Position numbers and translations under genes: made by a program. From an uncultured Patescibacteria group bacterium (GTDB lineage Bacteria > Patescibacteriota > Patescibacteriia > UBA2591 > CALHIP01), in assembly GCA_938030745.1 (NCBI GenBank), contig CALHIP010000008.1, positions 2,297 through 66,296 on the forward strand: 64,000 nucleotides of DNA. Direction: 5' to 3'. Below, one piece after another: positions 47,047 to 56,811 of the stretch (position 1 is the first letter of the stretch; every line of letters starts with the position of its first letter). The notes beneath the pieces are model-generated. The model was not told where the DNA came from, did not search any database, and saw nothing but the letters and a program-made list of their open reading frames with translations.

Positions 47047-49017
47047 ATGATCGATATTTCTAAAATTTGTTTTTCAAATCCTAAGAAAACGAATTCTTTT
47101 ATTAAAACCGATCATTTTTTTCCTTCACAATCTACAAAAAAGATTTTCGGCGAACTTATCTCATTAATTGAGATAGAAATTCCTAAAAATTTAAACAAAG
47201 AAGGTTTTAATTTAGCTAAAGAAATCTCAGAAATTATTATTAACGGAATTAGAACTAATTATTATAACCCAGAAAAATTAAAAGATGAAGAGAATCCAGA
47301 GATAATTTTTGAAAATTCTTTACAGAAATTGAATCGATTGATCTATCAAGAAATAATTGGTTCAAGATCAATTGAGTCAATAATTAAAAACCTTAATGCA
47401 GTAATTGCCCTTATTCATGAAGAAAGAGTTTATTTTTCACCAGTTGGCTCAGTTCAAGTTTTTATTTTAAAGAAAAACAAAATTATTGATTTAATGCCAA
47501 AAGAGAAAACTATTTTTACTCCTTCAAAAATTTTCTTCCAGATTGTTAGTGGTACTTTAGAGAAGAATGACTGTTTGTTTTTCACAACTGCTAATTTTTT
47601 AGACTATTTTGTTTTTGAAAAATTAAATAATATTATTTTGAAATATTCAGTTAGTGAAGCAACAAAAAAATTAGAAGAGATTTTAGAAAATTTAAAAGAT
47701 AAAATCTCTCTTGGTGCTTTTATTCTAAAAAGAATTGAGAAAAAGATTCCAAAAGAAATTCCTGTTGAAGTTGAAAAAATAGAAAAAGTTCCAGTTAAAA
47801 TTACTGTTCAGTCAGCTGAAGAAAAAATCAAAGAGAAACCAATAATTCAAGAAATAAAGAAAGAAGAAAAACCACCAATAGAGAAACCAAAAATCAAAAT
47901 AGAATTTCCAATAAAAAAAATTTCTTTTCCTCGAATAAAAATAAATACTTTTTTGATTATTATTTTAATTATTTTCTTAGTTTTGACTCTAATTAAAGGA
48001 CAGATCAAGGAAAAAGAAATGGCTAAATTTTTACTTGCCTTTCAAGAAATTCAAACAAAAAATACCTTACTTGAAGCAAGTATTGCTTATAAAGATCTAA
48101 AAAAAGCTAAATTTTTAGCTGAAGAAATCAAAAATAAAATCACCTTAATTCGAGCAAAGACAAAAATAGAAAAAGAAATTTTAGAGAATCTTAAAAAAGC
48201 TTTTGAAGAAAATATAGATAAACTCTATGGTTTTGAAAGAATTAGAGAACCAAAGATATTAATTGATTTCTCATCATTAGATAAAAACGGAGAATTTACT
48301 GGATTAACCCATAAGAATGGATATTTTTTTGTTTTTAATCAGAGGACAAAAGAAATTTATGAATTTAATCAGAAAACAAATAAAATTTCTCCTTTGGTAA
48401 AAACAGATTTAATTATCCAAAAGATAATTAATTACTCTTCTGAGGAATTAATTTTAATTGGTCAAAATGATATTCGATTGTTTAATATTAAAAATAAAAA
48501 GATTTCCCCTTTGAAAATAGAATCAACAACAAAAGAATTAACAATTAATGATTTAACAATCTATGAGAATAAACTTTATATTTTAGATAAAAAAAATAAT
48601 CAAATTTTTAAATATCTGAAAGTTGAGTCTGGTTTTGGTAGAGAAACCAGTTGGTTAAAAGAAAAAGTTGATTTAAAAGACATTGTTTCTTTTGTTATCG
48701 ATGGCTCAATTTATCTTCTAAAAGGCGATGAAATTCTGAAATTCTATTTAGGTAAAAAGGTTAATTTTAACCTAGAAAATGTTTATCCTTCTTTAGAAAA
48801 AGCAAAAAAGATCTTTACTGAAATAGATCTTAAAAATATTTATCTTTTAGAACCAAAAAATAAAAGAGTTTTGATTTTTGAAAAAAATGGTAAATTTGTT
48901 AAACAAATTACTTCTGAAAAATTTACTGATTTGAAAGATTTTATTGTCGATGAAAAGAAAAATAAAATTTGGCTTCTTAATGGTTCTCAAATTTTTTCTC
49001 TTGATTTGAATAAATAA
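47047..49017 (+). CDS. large hypothetical membrane protein: N-terminal PP2C/SpoIIE-like (likely inactive) domain, central TM helix, C-terminal beta-propeller-like repeats
   Basis: 656 aa; hydrophobic helix near aa 300 (TFLIIILIIFLVLTLI); C-terminal recurring blade-like segments (LYILDKKNNQIFKY, IYLLKGDEILKF, IYLLEPKNKRVLIFEKNG, IWLLNGSQIFSLD). Confidence 0.4.
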   Translation: MIDISKICFSNPKKTNSFIKTDHFFPSQSTKKIFGELISLIEIEIPKNLNKEGFNLAKEISEIIINGIRTNYYNPEKLKDEENPEIIFENSLQKLNRLIYQEIIGSRSIESIIKNLNAVIALIHEERVYFSPVGSVQVFILKKNKIIDLMPKEKTIFTPSKIFFQIVSGTLEKNDCLFFTTANFLDYFVFEKLNNIILKYSVSEATKKLEEILENLKDKISLGAFILKRIEKKIPKEIPVEVEKIEKVPVKITVQSAEEKIKEKPIIQEIKKEEKPPIEKPKIKIEFPIKKISFPRIKINTFLIIILIIFLVLTLIKGQIKEKEMAKFLLAFQEIQTKNTLLEASIAYKDLKKAKFLAEEIKNKITLIRAKTKIEKEILENLKKAFEENIDKLYGFERIREPKILIDFSSLDKNGEFTGLTHKNGYFFVFNQRTKEIYEFNQKTNKISPLVKTDLIIQKIINYSSEELILIGQNDIRLFNIKNKKISPLKIESTTKELTINDLTIYENKLYILDKKNNQIFKYLKVESGFGRETSWLKEKVDLKDIVSFVIDGSIYLLKGDEILKFYLGKKVNFNLENVYPSLEKAKKIFTEIDLKNIYLLEPKNKRVLIFEKNGKFVKQITSEKFTDLKDFIVDEKKNKIWLLNGSQIFSLDLNK

Positions 49018-49019
49018 AA

Positions 49020-50489
49020 TTATTTAAGAAATTTTTTTAAAATTTTTTCAACTATTTTCGGATTTGCCCTACCTTTTGTTGCTAACATTACCTGACCAAC
49101 TAGATAATTGATCGCATTTTTTTTGCCTTTTTTATAGTCAGCTACCGCTTCGGGATAATTCTCTAAAACTAAACTTACAGCATTTTTAATTTCTTCTTCA
49201 TCAGTAATTTCCTCTAATTTCTCTTGAGAAAGAATTGCTTCAGGAGATTCACCAGTTTCATACATTTTTTTTAAAATATCTTGAGCAAATTTATTTGAAA
49301 CAATTCTTTTTTCAATTAAAAAGAGATAAATAAAATCTGAAAAATCTTCCGGTTTAATTTTTTCTAAAAATTTCCCGCCAAGGGTTGTCTCTAAACCAAA
49401 GAGTCGAGTTAGCCAATCACCAACTTTTTTAGCTAACTTCTTTTTTTCATTTTCTAATACCTCATCTCCTTCAATTACTTCTTTTAATTTTTCTTCTAAT
49501 AGACTCATTACTTTTTCAACATAATCAGATAAATCCTTTTCTTCAGTCAACATTTTTGCATAAAGAGGAGGAAATCCATATACTTCTATAAATCTCTTTC
49601 TTTTTGCAGAAGGCAATTCTGGTAATTGACTTCTTAATTCTTTAATTAAATCATCAGAAATTTCCAAGGGTGGTAAATCAGGTTCAGGAAAATAACGATA
49701 ATCTTCAACTTCCTCCTTGATCCGCTGTTCGACAGTTTTTTGAATTTTTTCGTCCCAACCGCGTGTTTCTTGAATAATTTTTCCTCCGCTTTCCAAGATT
49801 TTTGTTTGTCTTTTTATTTCATATTCAATTGCCCGCTCGACAGCACGGAAAGAATTTAAATTTTTTATTTCTACCCTTACACCAAGAGAAGGAAAATTAT
49901 TAACCGAGAGTGAAATATTTACCTCACACCTCATCTCACCTTTTTCCATATTTGCTTCAGAAATCCCTAATGTCCGAACAATTCGCTGAAGCTCACGACA
50001 AAATTCTTTAGCCTCCCTAGCTGAATGAATGTCTGGTTCAGTAACTAACTCTAAAAGTGGCACACCTGCCCGATTGAAGTCAATTAAAGTTTTATCAGAA
50101 AAATGATAAAGTTTAGCTGTATCTTCCTCTAAGTGAATTTCACGAATCCGAATTCTTCTTCCATTAATTTCTAAAAAAGCATTTTTTACCAATGGCATCC
50201 TCTTTTGTGAAATCTGATAGCCTTTTGGTAGATCGGGATAAAAATAATTTTTTCTTTCAAAATAATTTTTTTTCTGAATTTCGCCATTTAAAGCTAAACC
50301 TAAAAATAAAGCCATTTTTACTGCTTTTTCATTTAAGATTGGTAAAGTTCCAGGATGAGCTAGACAAATTGGACAAACACTAGAATTTGGCGCTGCATCA
50401 AATTTCGGATTTTCACAATAACAAAACATCTTTGATTTAGTCGCTAATTGTAAGTGAATTTCTAAACCAATATTGGCTTTATATTTCAT
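49020..50489 (-). CDS. gatB: Asp-tRNA(Asn)/Glu-tRNA(Gln) amidotransferase subunit B
   Basis: MKYKANIGLEIHLQL...CPICLAHPGTLP N-terminus; C-terminal GatB/YqeY domain. Confidence 0.9.
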   Translation of the reverse strand: MKYKANIGLEIHLQLATKSKMFCYCENPKFDAAPNSSVCPICLAHPGTLPILNEKAVKMALFLGLALNGEIQKKNYFERKNYFYPDLPKGYQISQKRMPLVKNAFLEINGRRIRIREIHLEEDTAKLYHFSDKTLIDFNRAGVPLLELVTEPDIHSAREAKEFCRELQRIVRTLGISEANMEKGEMRCEVNISLSVNNFPSLGVRVEIKNLNSFRAVERAIEYEIKRQTKILESGGKIIQETRGWDEKIQKTVEQRIKEEVEDYRYFPEPDLPPLEISDDLIKELRSQLPELPSAKRKRFIEVYGFPPLYAKMLTEEKDLSDYVEKVMSLLEEKLKEVIEGDEVLENEKKKLAKKVGDWLTRLFGLETTLGGKFLEKIKPEDFSDFIYLFLIEKRIVSNKFAQDILKKMYETGESPEAILSQEKLEEITDEEEIKNAVSLVLENYPEAVADYKKGKKNAINYLVGQVMLATKGRANPKIVEKILKKFLK

Positions 50490-50496
50490 AAATTAT

Positions 50497-51162
50497 TTAG
50501 ATATATTTTTTGACAATTTCCCAAACTTTTTTAGCAATTTCTTTTTTAGGTAAAACTTTTCCATTTTTAGTACAGTTGACCAGTTGCCAACCATATTTTT
50601 TGACAATGAATGAAGCATTTTTTTCCACTAATTTTAAAAATTGAATATTTTTTTCGTGTTGATCAAACTTTTTTCCTTTAAGGTAGCGCCGATTTTTCTT
50701 TTTCTTTAAAAGCTTTCTTCCTAAATGATGGGGAGCTTTAAGATATAAAACCAAATCTGGTTTTGGTAAACAAAAAAAATTATATTCTACATCTTCAAGC
50801 CATTTTAAAAATTTTTCTCTTTCCTTCTTTTTTAATTTCACGCTTTGATATAAAAAATTAGAGGTTGAATAACGATTAGCAATAATTATTTGTTTTTTTA
50901 AAATTTTTTTTATTTTTTCTTTTACTTGCCACCGATCAAAAGCATAAAGAAGAGAAGTAAAATATGGATTAACTTCTTCAATTTTTTTAAATTCACCCCG
51001 AAGATACATAGCAACAATTTTTCCCCAGAAAGTCTGATATTGAGGAAAGTCAAAAATCTTAACTTTATACCCTTCTTTTTTTAATTTTTTAGCTAAAAGA
51101 CTAGTTTGTGTTGCTTTCCCAGTTCCATCTAATCCTTCAAAAACAATGAGTTTTCCTTTCAT
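50497..51162 (-). CDS. tmk: thymidylate kinase
   Basis: KLIVFEGLDGTGKATQ P-loop; DRY-type motif region (FDRW). Confidence 0.8.
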   Translation of the reverse strand: MKGKLIVFEGLDGTGKATQTSLLAKKLKKEGYKVKIFDFPQYQTFWGKIVAMYLRGEFKKIEEVNPYFTSLLYAFDRWQVKEKIKKILKKQIIIANRYSTSNFLYQSVKLKKKEREKFLKWLEDVEYNFFCLPKPDLVLYLKAPHHLGRKLLKKKKNRRYLKGKKFDQHEKNIQFLKLVEKNASFIVKKYGWQLVNCTKNGKVLPKKEIAKKVWEIVKKYI

Positions 51163-52529
51163 ATTTTCATAAATTTAATTAATTGGGGATGAACTTTTTT
51201 TATTTCTTGATACATTGCCTTGGCAATTTGACAATAAGAAGGATGAGCTTTTGAAGAGGTCCTTAAAGGAATTAAATGATAAAGTTCGCGGAGATTCAAA
51301 GTCATAAGAAATCTTTTGCGGAAGGCTAATGGTAAAACATAAGGGGCCTCTTCTTTAAATTTTTTTGAGATCTTTAAAAAAGCTGAGCTGGCTTCCTCCA
51401 TTTTTTCTTCAAATTCTTTTTTGAAACCATATTTAGAAATTTCTTCAGGAATTATATAACCATAATCAATTCCCAACTCCTGATTAGTTTGAGTACACAT
51501 TCGATGTCTTTGTAAATCGCGGAAAGCACCATAATCTAATAAAATATCAAATGTATAAGTAGTATGTTCAAATTCTCTTAAAGGAAGATCATGAGGTCCT
51601 CTATTTTTCATTGCCTGATTTAGAATTTTTTCTTTTTCTTTTTTACTCATTTTTCTAACTTTGTTTTTTATTTGTTGATAAGACAATTTTGAAAAACGAT
51701 AAAGAAGGGCAACTAAAATTCTTTCTTCGGCATCTTTATCGTATTTAACAAGTTGAACTGGTTTCTCTTTCTTTATTTTGATATTTGAAAATAAATTTGT
51801 CGCCAATCTTTTAAAACTTTTACTTGTTTCTATTAAATAAGGATTTGGCTCAACGTATCTAATAAGAGTTGGAGTAATTTTTAAACCAGCAGTTTTTAAT
51901 TCTTGACCAATCTCCTGGAATTCTTCTAAAGGTGAAGAAAGGAGTTTTTTAATTAAATGGGCTAAAGAACGAGCGTTAATGGTCATCCCCAAATTTGTCA
52001 ATGTTGAAGTTGGTAAAATAACTCTAACAATGTCACAAGTTTTTGCTTTACATGTTGACTCATATAAATTTTCGGCCATTTCTTTTGGCCGAGGAAACTC
52101 CTTTTTTATCTGGTGATTAATTTTCTCATAAAGATAAAGATAAAAATTGATTAAATTTTGACAAGTTTTTTCATATAACTCCTTAAATTCCGAAGTTAAA
52201 ATTTTTTTTGGTCGATAAAATTTATCTTTTTCAAAAACTTGGTATCTTGTTGATTTCTCGGTAAATGAAGCAAGCCGGGTATCTTCAATAGCTTTAGTAG
52301 CTAAGATAGAAACATTTTCTATAGCTAAAGATAAAACTGCATGTTCAGCAATAGATGAATGACCAAACCCTAAGACCCATTTTTCATGAAATTGAGAAGA
52401 TTTTTCCGTTGTTAATTCTTTAGCAATTTCATCAAAAGGTAATGGTGAACGACTACATTTAGCAAATGTTACCGCCCTTACTTCTGGCGGTAGATCTTTT
52501 AAAGGATAGATCCGACGCTTATAATTCAT
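51159..52529 (-). CDS. thyX: flavin-dependent thymidylate synthase ThyX, tandem double-domain form
   Basis: Two ThyX-like halves: half 1 GHSSIAEHAVLSLAIENVSILATKAIEDTRLASFTEKSTRY (S..RY kept, RHR reads DTR); half 2 EHTTYTFDILLDYGAFRDLQRHRMCT (RHR kept). Adjacent to tmk. Confidence 0.55.
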   Translation of the reverse strand: MNYKRRIYPLKDLPPEVRAVTFAKCSRSPLPFDEIAKELTTEKSSQFHEKWVLGFGHSSIAEHAVLSLAIENVSILATKAIEDTRLASFTEKSTRYQVFEKDKFYRPKKILTSEFKELYEKTCQNLINFYLYLYEKINHQIKKEFPRPKEMAENLYESTCKAKTCDIVRVILPTSTLTNLGMTINARSLAHLIKKLLSSPLEEFQEIGQELKTAGLKITPTLIRYVEPNPYLIETSKSFKRLATNLFSNIKIKKEKPVQLVKYDKDAEERILVALLYRFSKLSYQQIKNKVRKMSKKEKEKILNQAMKNRGPHDLPLREFEHTTYTFDILLDYGAFRDLQRHRMCTQTNQELGIDYGYIIPEEISKYGFKKEFEEKMEEASSAFLKISKKFKEEAPYVLPLAFRKRFLMTLNLRELYHLIPLRTSSKAHPSYCQIAKAMYQEIKKVHPQLIKFMKI

Positions 52530-52608
52530 AAATTAAAAAATCACTTTAGCCAGGAATAACGAAAATATTTTTCATAGACGATCTATTTATAAATTATTTA
52601 AGTATAAT

Positions 52609-53778
52609 TTATTTAAGCAATTTTTTCAATACATCTACCTTATCTGTCTTTTCCCAGGTAAAATTTTTTTCCTCACGACCAAAATGGCCATAACAAGCAG
52701 TTTGACGAAAAATCGGTCTTAAAAGATTTAATTGTTTTATCATTCCAGCTGGTGAAAGATCAAAAACTTTTTCAATTGCTTCAATAATTTTCTTTTCCTC
52801 AACTTCAGCTGTACCAAAAGTATTTAAAGAAATTGCCAAAGGATATGTTCCGCCAATCACAAAAGCAAGTTGGAGTTCACATTTTTTGGCAATTTTAGCA
52901 GCAACAATATTTTTACAAATGTATCTAGCCATATAAGAAGCAGTTCGATCAACTTTAGTCGGATCTTTACCTGACCAGGCACCTCCACCATGAGCACAAG
53001 CTGAACCATAACCATCAACTTCTGTTTTTCTTCCACTCATTCCTGTATCAGAAACTGGACCACCAATAACAAAACGACCAGTGTTGTTAATATAAAATTG
53101 AGTTTTTTTAGTTAAATATTCTTGACAAACAGGTTTAATTACTTCTTTAATAATTGCTTCTTTTAAAATACTCATTTTTACATTTGGCTCATGTTGAGCA
53201 GCAATAACAACACTGGTTAATCTTTTTGGTCTACCATTTTCATATTCAACAGAAACCTGAGATTTACCATCTGGTCTTAAAAAATCTAAAATTTTCTTTT
53301 TTCTAACTTCAGCCAATCTTTTAGTTAATCGATGAGCTAACAAAATTGGTAAAGGCATCAATTGAGGTGTTTCATCAACAGCATAACCAATCATTATTCC
53401 TTGATCGCCAGCTCCTTGTCTTTTCGATCCAGTTTTTCTGACTCCGCGAGCAATGTCTGATGACTGTTCAGCAATAGTATTTAAAACAGCAACTGTTCGA
53501 TAATCAAATCCATATTCTGGTTTTATATAGCCAATATCTTTTAAAACATCACGAACTAAATTATTCTGATCAACCCAGGCTGAAGTAGTAATTTCTCCAC
53601 CAACAATAACATAACCTTTTGAGGTGAAAACTTCGCAAGCAACCCTGGCATATTTATCCTGCTTTATAATTCTATCAAGCATTTCATCAGCAATCTGATC
53701 ACAAATTTTATCCGGATGACCTTCAGTTACAGATTCTGAAGTTAAAATGTAATTTCTTTTATTTGGATCATTAATCAT
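52609..53778 (-). CDS. metK: S-adenosylmethionine synthetase
   Basis: TSESVTEGHPDKICDQIAD N-terminal signature, GGGAWSGKDPTKVDR. Confidence 0.9.
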   Translation of the reverse strand: MINDPNKRNYILTSESVTEGHPDKICDQIADEMLDRIIKQDKYARVACEVFTSKGYVIVGGEITTSAWVDQNNLVRDVLKDIGYIKPEYGFDYRTVAVLNTIAEQSSDIARGVRKTGSKRQGAGDQGIMIGYAVDETPQLMPLPILLAHRLTKRLAEVRKKKILDFLRPDGKSQVSVEYENGRPKRLTSVVIAAQHEPNVKMSILKEAIIKEVIKPVCQEYLTKKTQFYINNTGRFVIGGPVSDTGMSGRKTEVDGYGSACAHGGGAWSGKDPTKVDRTASYMARYICKNIVAAKIAKKCELQLAFVIGGTYPLAISLNTFGTAEVEEKKIIEAIEKVFDLSPAGMIKQLNLLRPIFRQTACYGHFGREEKNFTWEKTDKVDVLKKLLK

Positions 53779-53789
53779 AGGATTAGTTT

Positions 53790-55157
53790 TTATTTTGCTC
53801 CTTTACCTAAAATAATTAATGGGATAGTTTTTAAAATTATCTCAAAATCTTTGAAAATTGTCCAATTCTCAAGATAATAAAGATCAATTTTTGCTTCCTC
53901 TTCAAAAGGCAAATCAGAACGACCATAAAGTTGAGCTAGACCTGTTATTCCTGGTTTGATAAAAAGAAGTTTCTTTTGATATTTTTCATAAAGTGCTACT
54001 TCTTCTGGCTCATGTGGTCGAGGTCCAACTAAACTCATTTCACCTTTAATAACATTAATAAGTTGTGGCAACTCATCGAGGCTAGTCTTTCTTAAAAATT
54101 TGCCAAATCTTGTAATTCTTGGATCATTTTTCATTTTGAAAAGCGGTCCCTTTCTTTCAGAAAAAGGAAGGAGATCTTTTTTCATTTTATCCGCATCTTT
54201 AATCATTGAACGAAATTTCAAAATAAAAAATTTTTTACCTTTTTCACCAACCCTTTCTAATTTAACAAAGACAGGTCCTTCTGAATCCAATTTAATAATT
54301 ATTCCAAGAATAAGAAATAATGGTAAACAAAGAATTAAGAATAAACTAGCAAAAACAATATCAAAAATTCTTTTTGCCACCTTCCCCCAACCTTCTAAAG
54401 CAGTCCTTTTAATAGAGATTAAAGGCAAACCAAAAAATGTTTCTATTCCGACATTTCTCATTTGAGCATCAAACGGATCTGCTATATATTTAAAATGCAA
54501 ATGAAAATCATCAGCCAAACTTAATAGTCGCCACCTTTCTTTTCTTTCTATTGATGGATCTAAAAGAATAATTTCATCAACCTGATTTGATTTTTCTTTT
54601 AAGAAATCCTCGTTAAGATCTGATGGATTTTTAAACCAAGCAATTATCTGATAGCCAAAATTTGGATTGTTAGAGATAAGATCAACAAAATCTCTTGCTA
54701 ATTTAGCTGAACCTAGACAAATAATTTTCTGAAAAATTTTTGCTTTTTTCAAAATACTTTTCCAAATAGATCGAAAAATTTTTCTTCCTAACCAAACATA
54801 AAAAATTGAGAAAAACCAGCCAGCTAAAACAATAAATCTTGAAGAAAAAAGTTCTCGACTAAAAAAAATTACTAATATGATTATCAGTATTGCTGAAGAA
54901 CAGGAGAAAAAGATTTTAGTAAATTCTTTTTTTTGATTCGGAGAATAAAGAGTTGATAAAGCAAAAATTAGAAGAAAGAAAAGAGAAATTAAAAGTGAAT
55001 AGAAAAAATAAGTTTTAAATGGAATTTCAAAAATAACTGGCCGTAATTCAATTAAAGCTTTAAATCTTAACCAGTAAATTGTTAAAGAGGTTAGAACAAG
55101 CATTAAATAATCAACAGGCAAAAGAAGAATTGAAAATATAAGATCTGGTCTGCGCAT
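53790..55157 (-). CDS. polyprenyl-phosphate sugar phosphotransferase (bacterial sugar transferase family, WbaP/EpsL-like)
   Basis: N-terminal multi-TM region; C-terminal conserved sugar-transferase domain (KRIFDIVFASLFLILCLPLFLILGIIIKLDSEGPVFVKLERVGEKGKKFFILKFRSM...SLVGPRP). Confidence 0.75.
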   Translation of the reverse strand: MRRPDLIFSILLLPVDYLMLVLTSLTIYWLRFKALIELRPVIFEIPFKTYFFYSLLISLFFLLIFALSTLYSPNQKKEFTKIFFSCSSAILIIILVIFFSRELFSSRFIVLAGWFFSIFYVWLGRKIFRSIWKSILKKAKIFQKIICLGSAKLARDFVDLISNNPNFGYQIIAWFKNPSDLNEDFLKEKSNQVDEIILLDPSIERKERWRLLSLADDFHLHFKYIADPFDAQMRNVGIETFFGLPLISIKRTALEGWGKVAKRIFDIVFASLFLILCLPLFLILGIIIKLDSEGPVFVKLERVGEKGKKFFILKFRSMIKDADKMKKDLLPFSERKGPLFKMKNDPRITRFGKFLRKTSLDELPQLINVIKGEMSLVGPRPHEPEEVALYEKYQKKLLFIKPGITGLAQLYGRSDLPFEEEAKIDLYYLENWTIFKDFEIILKTIPLIILGKGAK

Positions 55158-55190
55158 ATTAATTTATATTATACCAAAAAAACAATAAAA

Positions 55191-55523
55191 AGCTAGGTAG
55201 ATCATAAGCCGAATTCTGTACTGGCATTAGAAAATGCCAGTTGATGGTCATTAATCTAGGTTCGAGATTACTCTCGAACTCGAACGGGATTTTCTCCCTT
55301 TCACCCGGTAGGGATTTAGCCGTTTCACCTTGGCATTACTGCCAAGCTTACCCTTTTGAAAGGGTAGGTCTGTTCTTACGAACAAACCCGTCTCTGTTCG
55401 CACCCCTATCCTTGCGGACGACGGCTGTTAGCCGTTACCTTTTTAACCAACCTTTTAGGTTGGTGGGTGTTCGGACTTTCCTCTCCGATTAAATTTCGGA
55501 GCGACCATCTGATCTACCTAGCT
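55191..55523 (-). ncRNA. rnpB: RNase P RNA (bacterial type)
   Basis: Minus-strand read begins AGCTAGGTAGATCA...GGAGAGGAAAGTCCGAAC (P4 5' strand GGAAAGUCCG) and ends ...ACAGAATTCGGCTTATGATCTACCTAGCT (P4 3' strand plus P1 pairing with the 5' end). GC-rich island in an AT-rich genome. The forward ORF 55241..55492 inside it is spurious. Confidence 0.75.
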
Positions 55524-55555
55524 TATTATAATTATAAAACAAATAAAATTTTTCG

Positions 55556-56410
55556 TCAAGTTTTTTGATTTTTTAAAATTTTAAAATCTTCTTCACTATC
55601 GATATCTTGAGCAAAAGAAGGAAGATCAATAATTTCAAAATGACAATTTTTTTCTTTTTGAAATTCTTTTTTAATTAAGACAGAACTAACAAATCTTTCC
55701 AATTCAGAAAAAGTTAGTTCTTTTTTTAGATATTTTTTAAAAATAAAAAACATTTTAATAATTTTTGGCAGAAGAAAAAATATTAAAGTTGGATACCTAA
55801 AAAAGAGAAAAACTGTTTTAATAAGCATTGAAAAAAAACGGAACCAGGAAGTTGTTCTTTTTTTTCTTGTTGGTCGAAGTAAATCGGTCAGAAAATAAAT
55901 TATTTTCTTATTTAAATGGTTTGGTCGAATGATAAAGAAATTATAAACAAAAATATAAGGAGAGAAATGATTTTTTTTATTTTTTTTAAAAAAATCTGGC
56001 TCTCTTTTAATTTTTATAAGATTAATTGGTGTAAAGCCGGAGATGATATCACAATCTAAATATGGTTCTATTTTAAGGAATAATTTTTTAAAATCATCAC
56101 TTTTAGGCAAAATATCAAAAGTAGTAATAGCAATCTGAACATCTTGATCAAAGTTTTTTTCTAAAAAATTAAAGATAAATTTAAGATTATCTTTTAATGT
56201 CCTTTTACTAATAAAAAATTTAACCCCTTCTTTTTCTTTAAATTCTTTTGGCCCAATTAGATAAATTTCTGAAAAACAATCAGATTCTTTTATCTGTCTA
56301 ATTAAATAATCTAAAATCAACTCATTATTTATTTTTAACTCAAAAAGTCTTTTTCTAAAAAATTCGTTTTCTAAATCATAACCAGCTAAAATGAAAATAG
56401 GAATCTTCAT
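55556..56410 (-). CDS. hypothetical protein
   Basis: 284 aa; translationally coupled (4-nt overlap) to rnhA; no family recognised with confidence. Confidence 0.3.
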   Translation of the reverse strand: MKIPIFILAGYDLENEFFRKRLFELKINNELILDYLIRQIKESDCFSEIYLIGPKEFKEKEGVKFFISKRTLKDNLKFIFNFLEKNFDQDVQIAITTFDILPKSDDFKKLFLKIEPYLDCDIISGFTPINLIKIKREPDFFKKNKKNHFSPYIFVYNFFIIRPNHLNKKIIYFLTDLLRPTRKKRTTSWFRFFSMLIKTVFLFFRYPTLIFFLLPKIIKMFFIFKKYLKKELTFSELERFVSSVLIKKEFQKEKNCHFEIIDLPSFAQDIDSEEDFKILKNQKT

Positions 56411-56811
56411 ATTAAAAATTTATTAATAGCTTGATTAACTAATCTATCTGCTTCTTTGTTTTTTTCCCTTGGAATATAAAAAAAATTTACTTTTTTAAAA
56501 TTTTGAGAGAGATTCCAGATTTTCACAAATGCCCGAGCAAGTTCTTGATTCTTAATTTTAAATTTTCGATTGAGTTGGCCAACCAAAAGTTCGCTATCTA
56601 AATAAATATCTATTTCCTTTGCTTTTATTTCTTTTGCTTGGTTTAGAGCTTCAATTATTGCTTGATATTCTGCCTGATTATTTGTTTTCTCGCCAATAAA
56701 TTTTGAGTATCTCTTAACTAAATTTTTCTTTTCATCATAAATGACTCCGCCAATTGCTGCCGGTCCAGGATTTCCCCTTGATCCTCCATCAGTATAAATA
56801 ATAAGTTTCAT
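56407..56811 (-). CDS. rnhA: ribonuclease HI
   Basis: IYTDGGSRGNPGPAAIG, EYQAIIEAL, LDSELLVGQL, NKEADRLVNQA: RNase H catalytic DEDD residues in context. Confidence 0.8.
   Translation of the reverse strand: MKLIIYTDGGSRGNPGPAAIGGVIYDEKKNLVKRYSKFIGEKTNNQAEYQAIIEALNQAKEIKAKEIDIYLDSELLVGQLNRKFKIKNQELARAFVKIWNLSQNFKKVNFFYIPREKNKEADRLVNQAINKFLI

Noticed and set aside
55241-55492. 83-aa forward ORF in the GC-rich stretch
   Set aside because: It lies entirely inside the minus-strand RNase P RNA gene (conserved P4 and P1 segments identified). A GC-rich structured RNA readily yields spurious ORFs.
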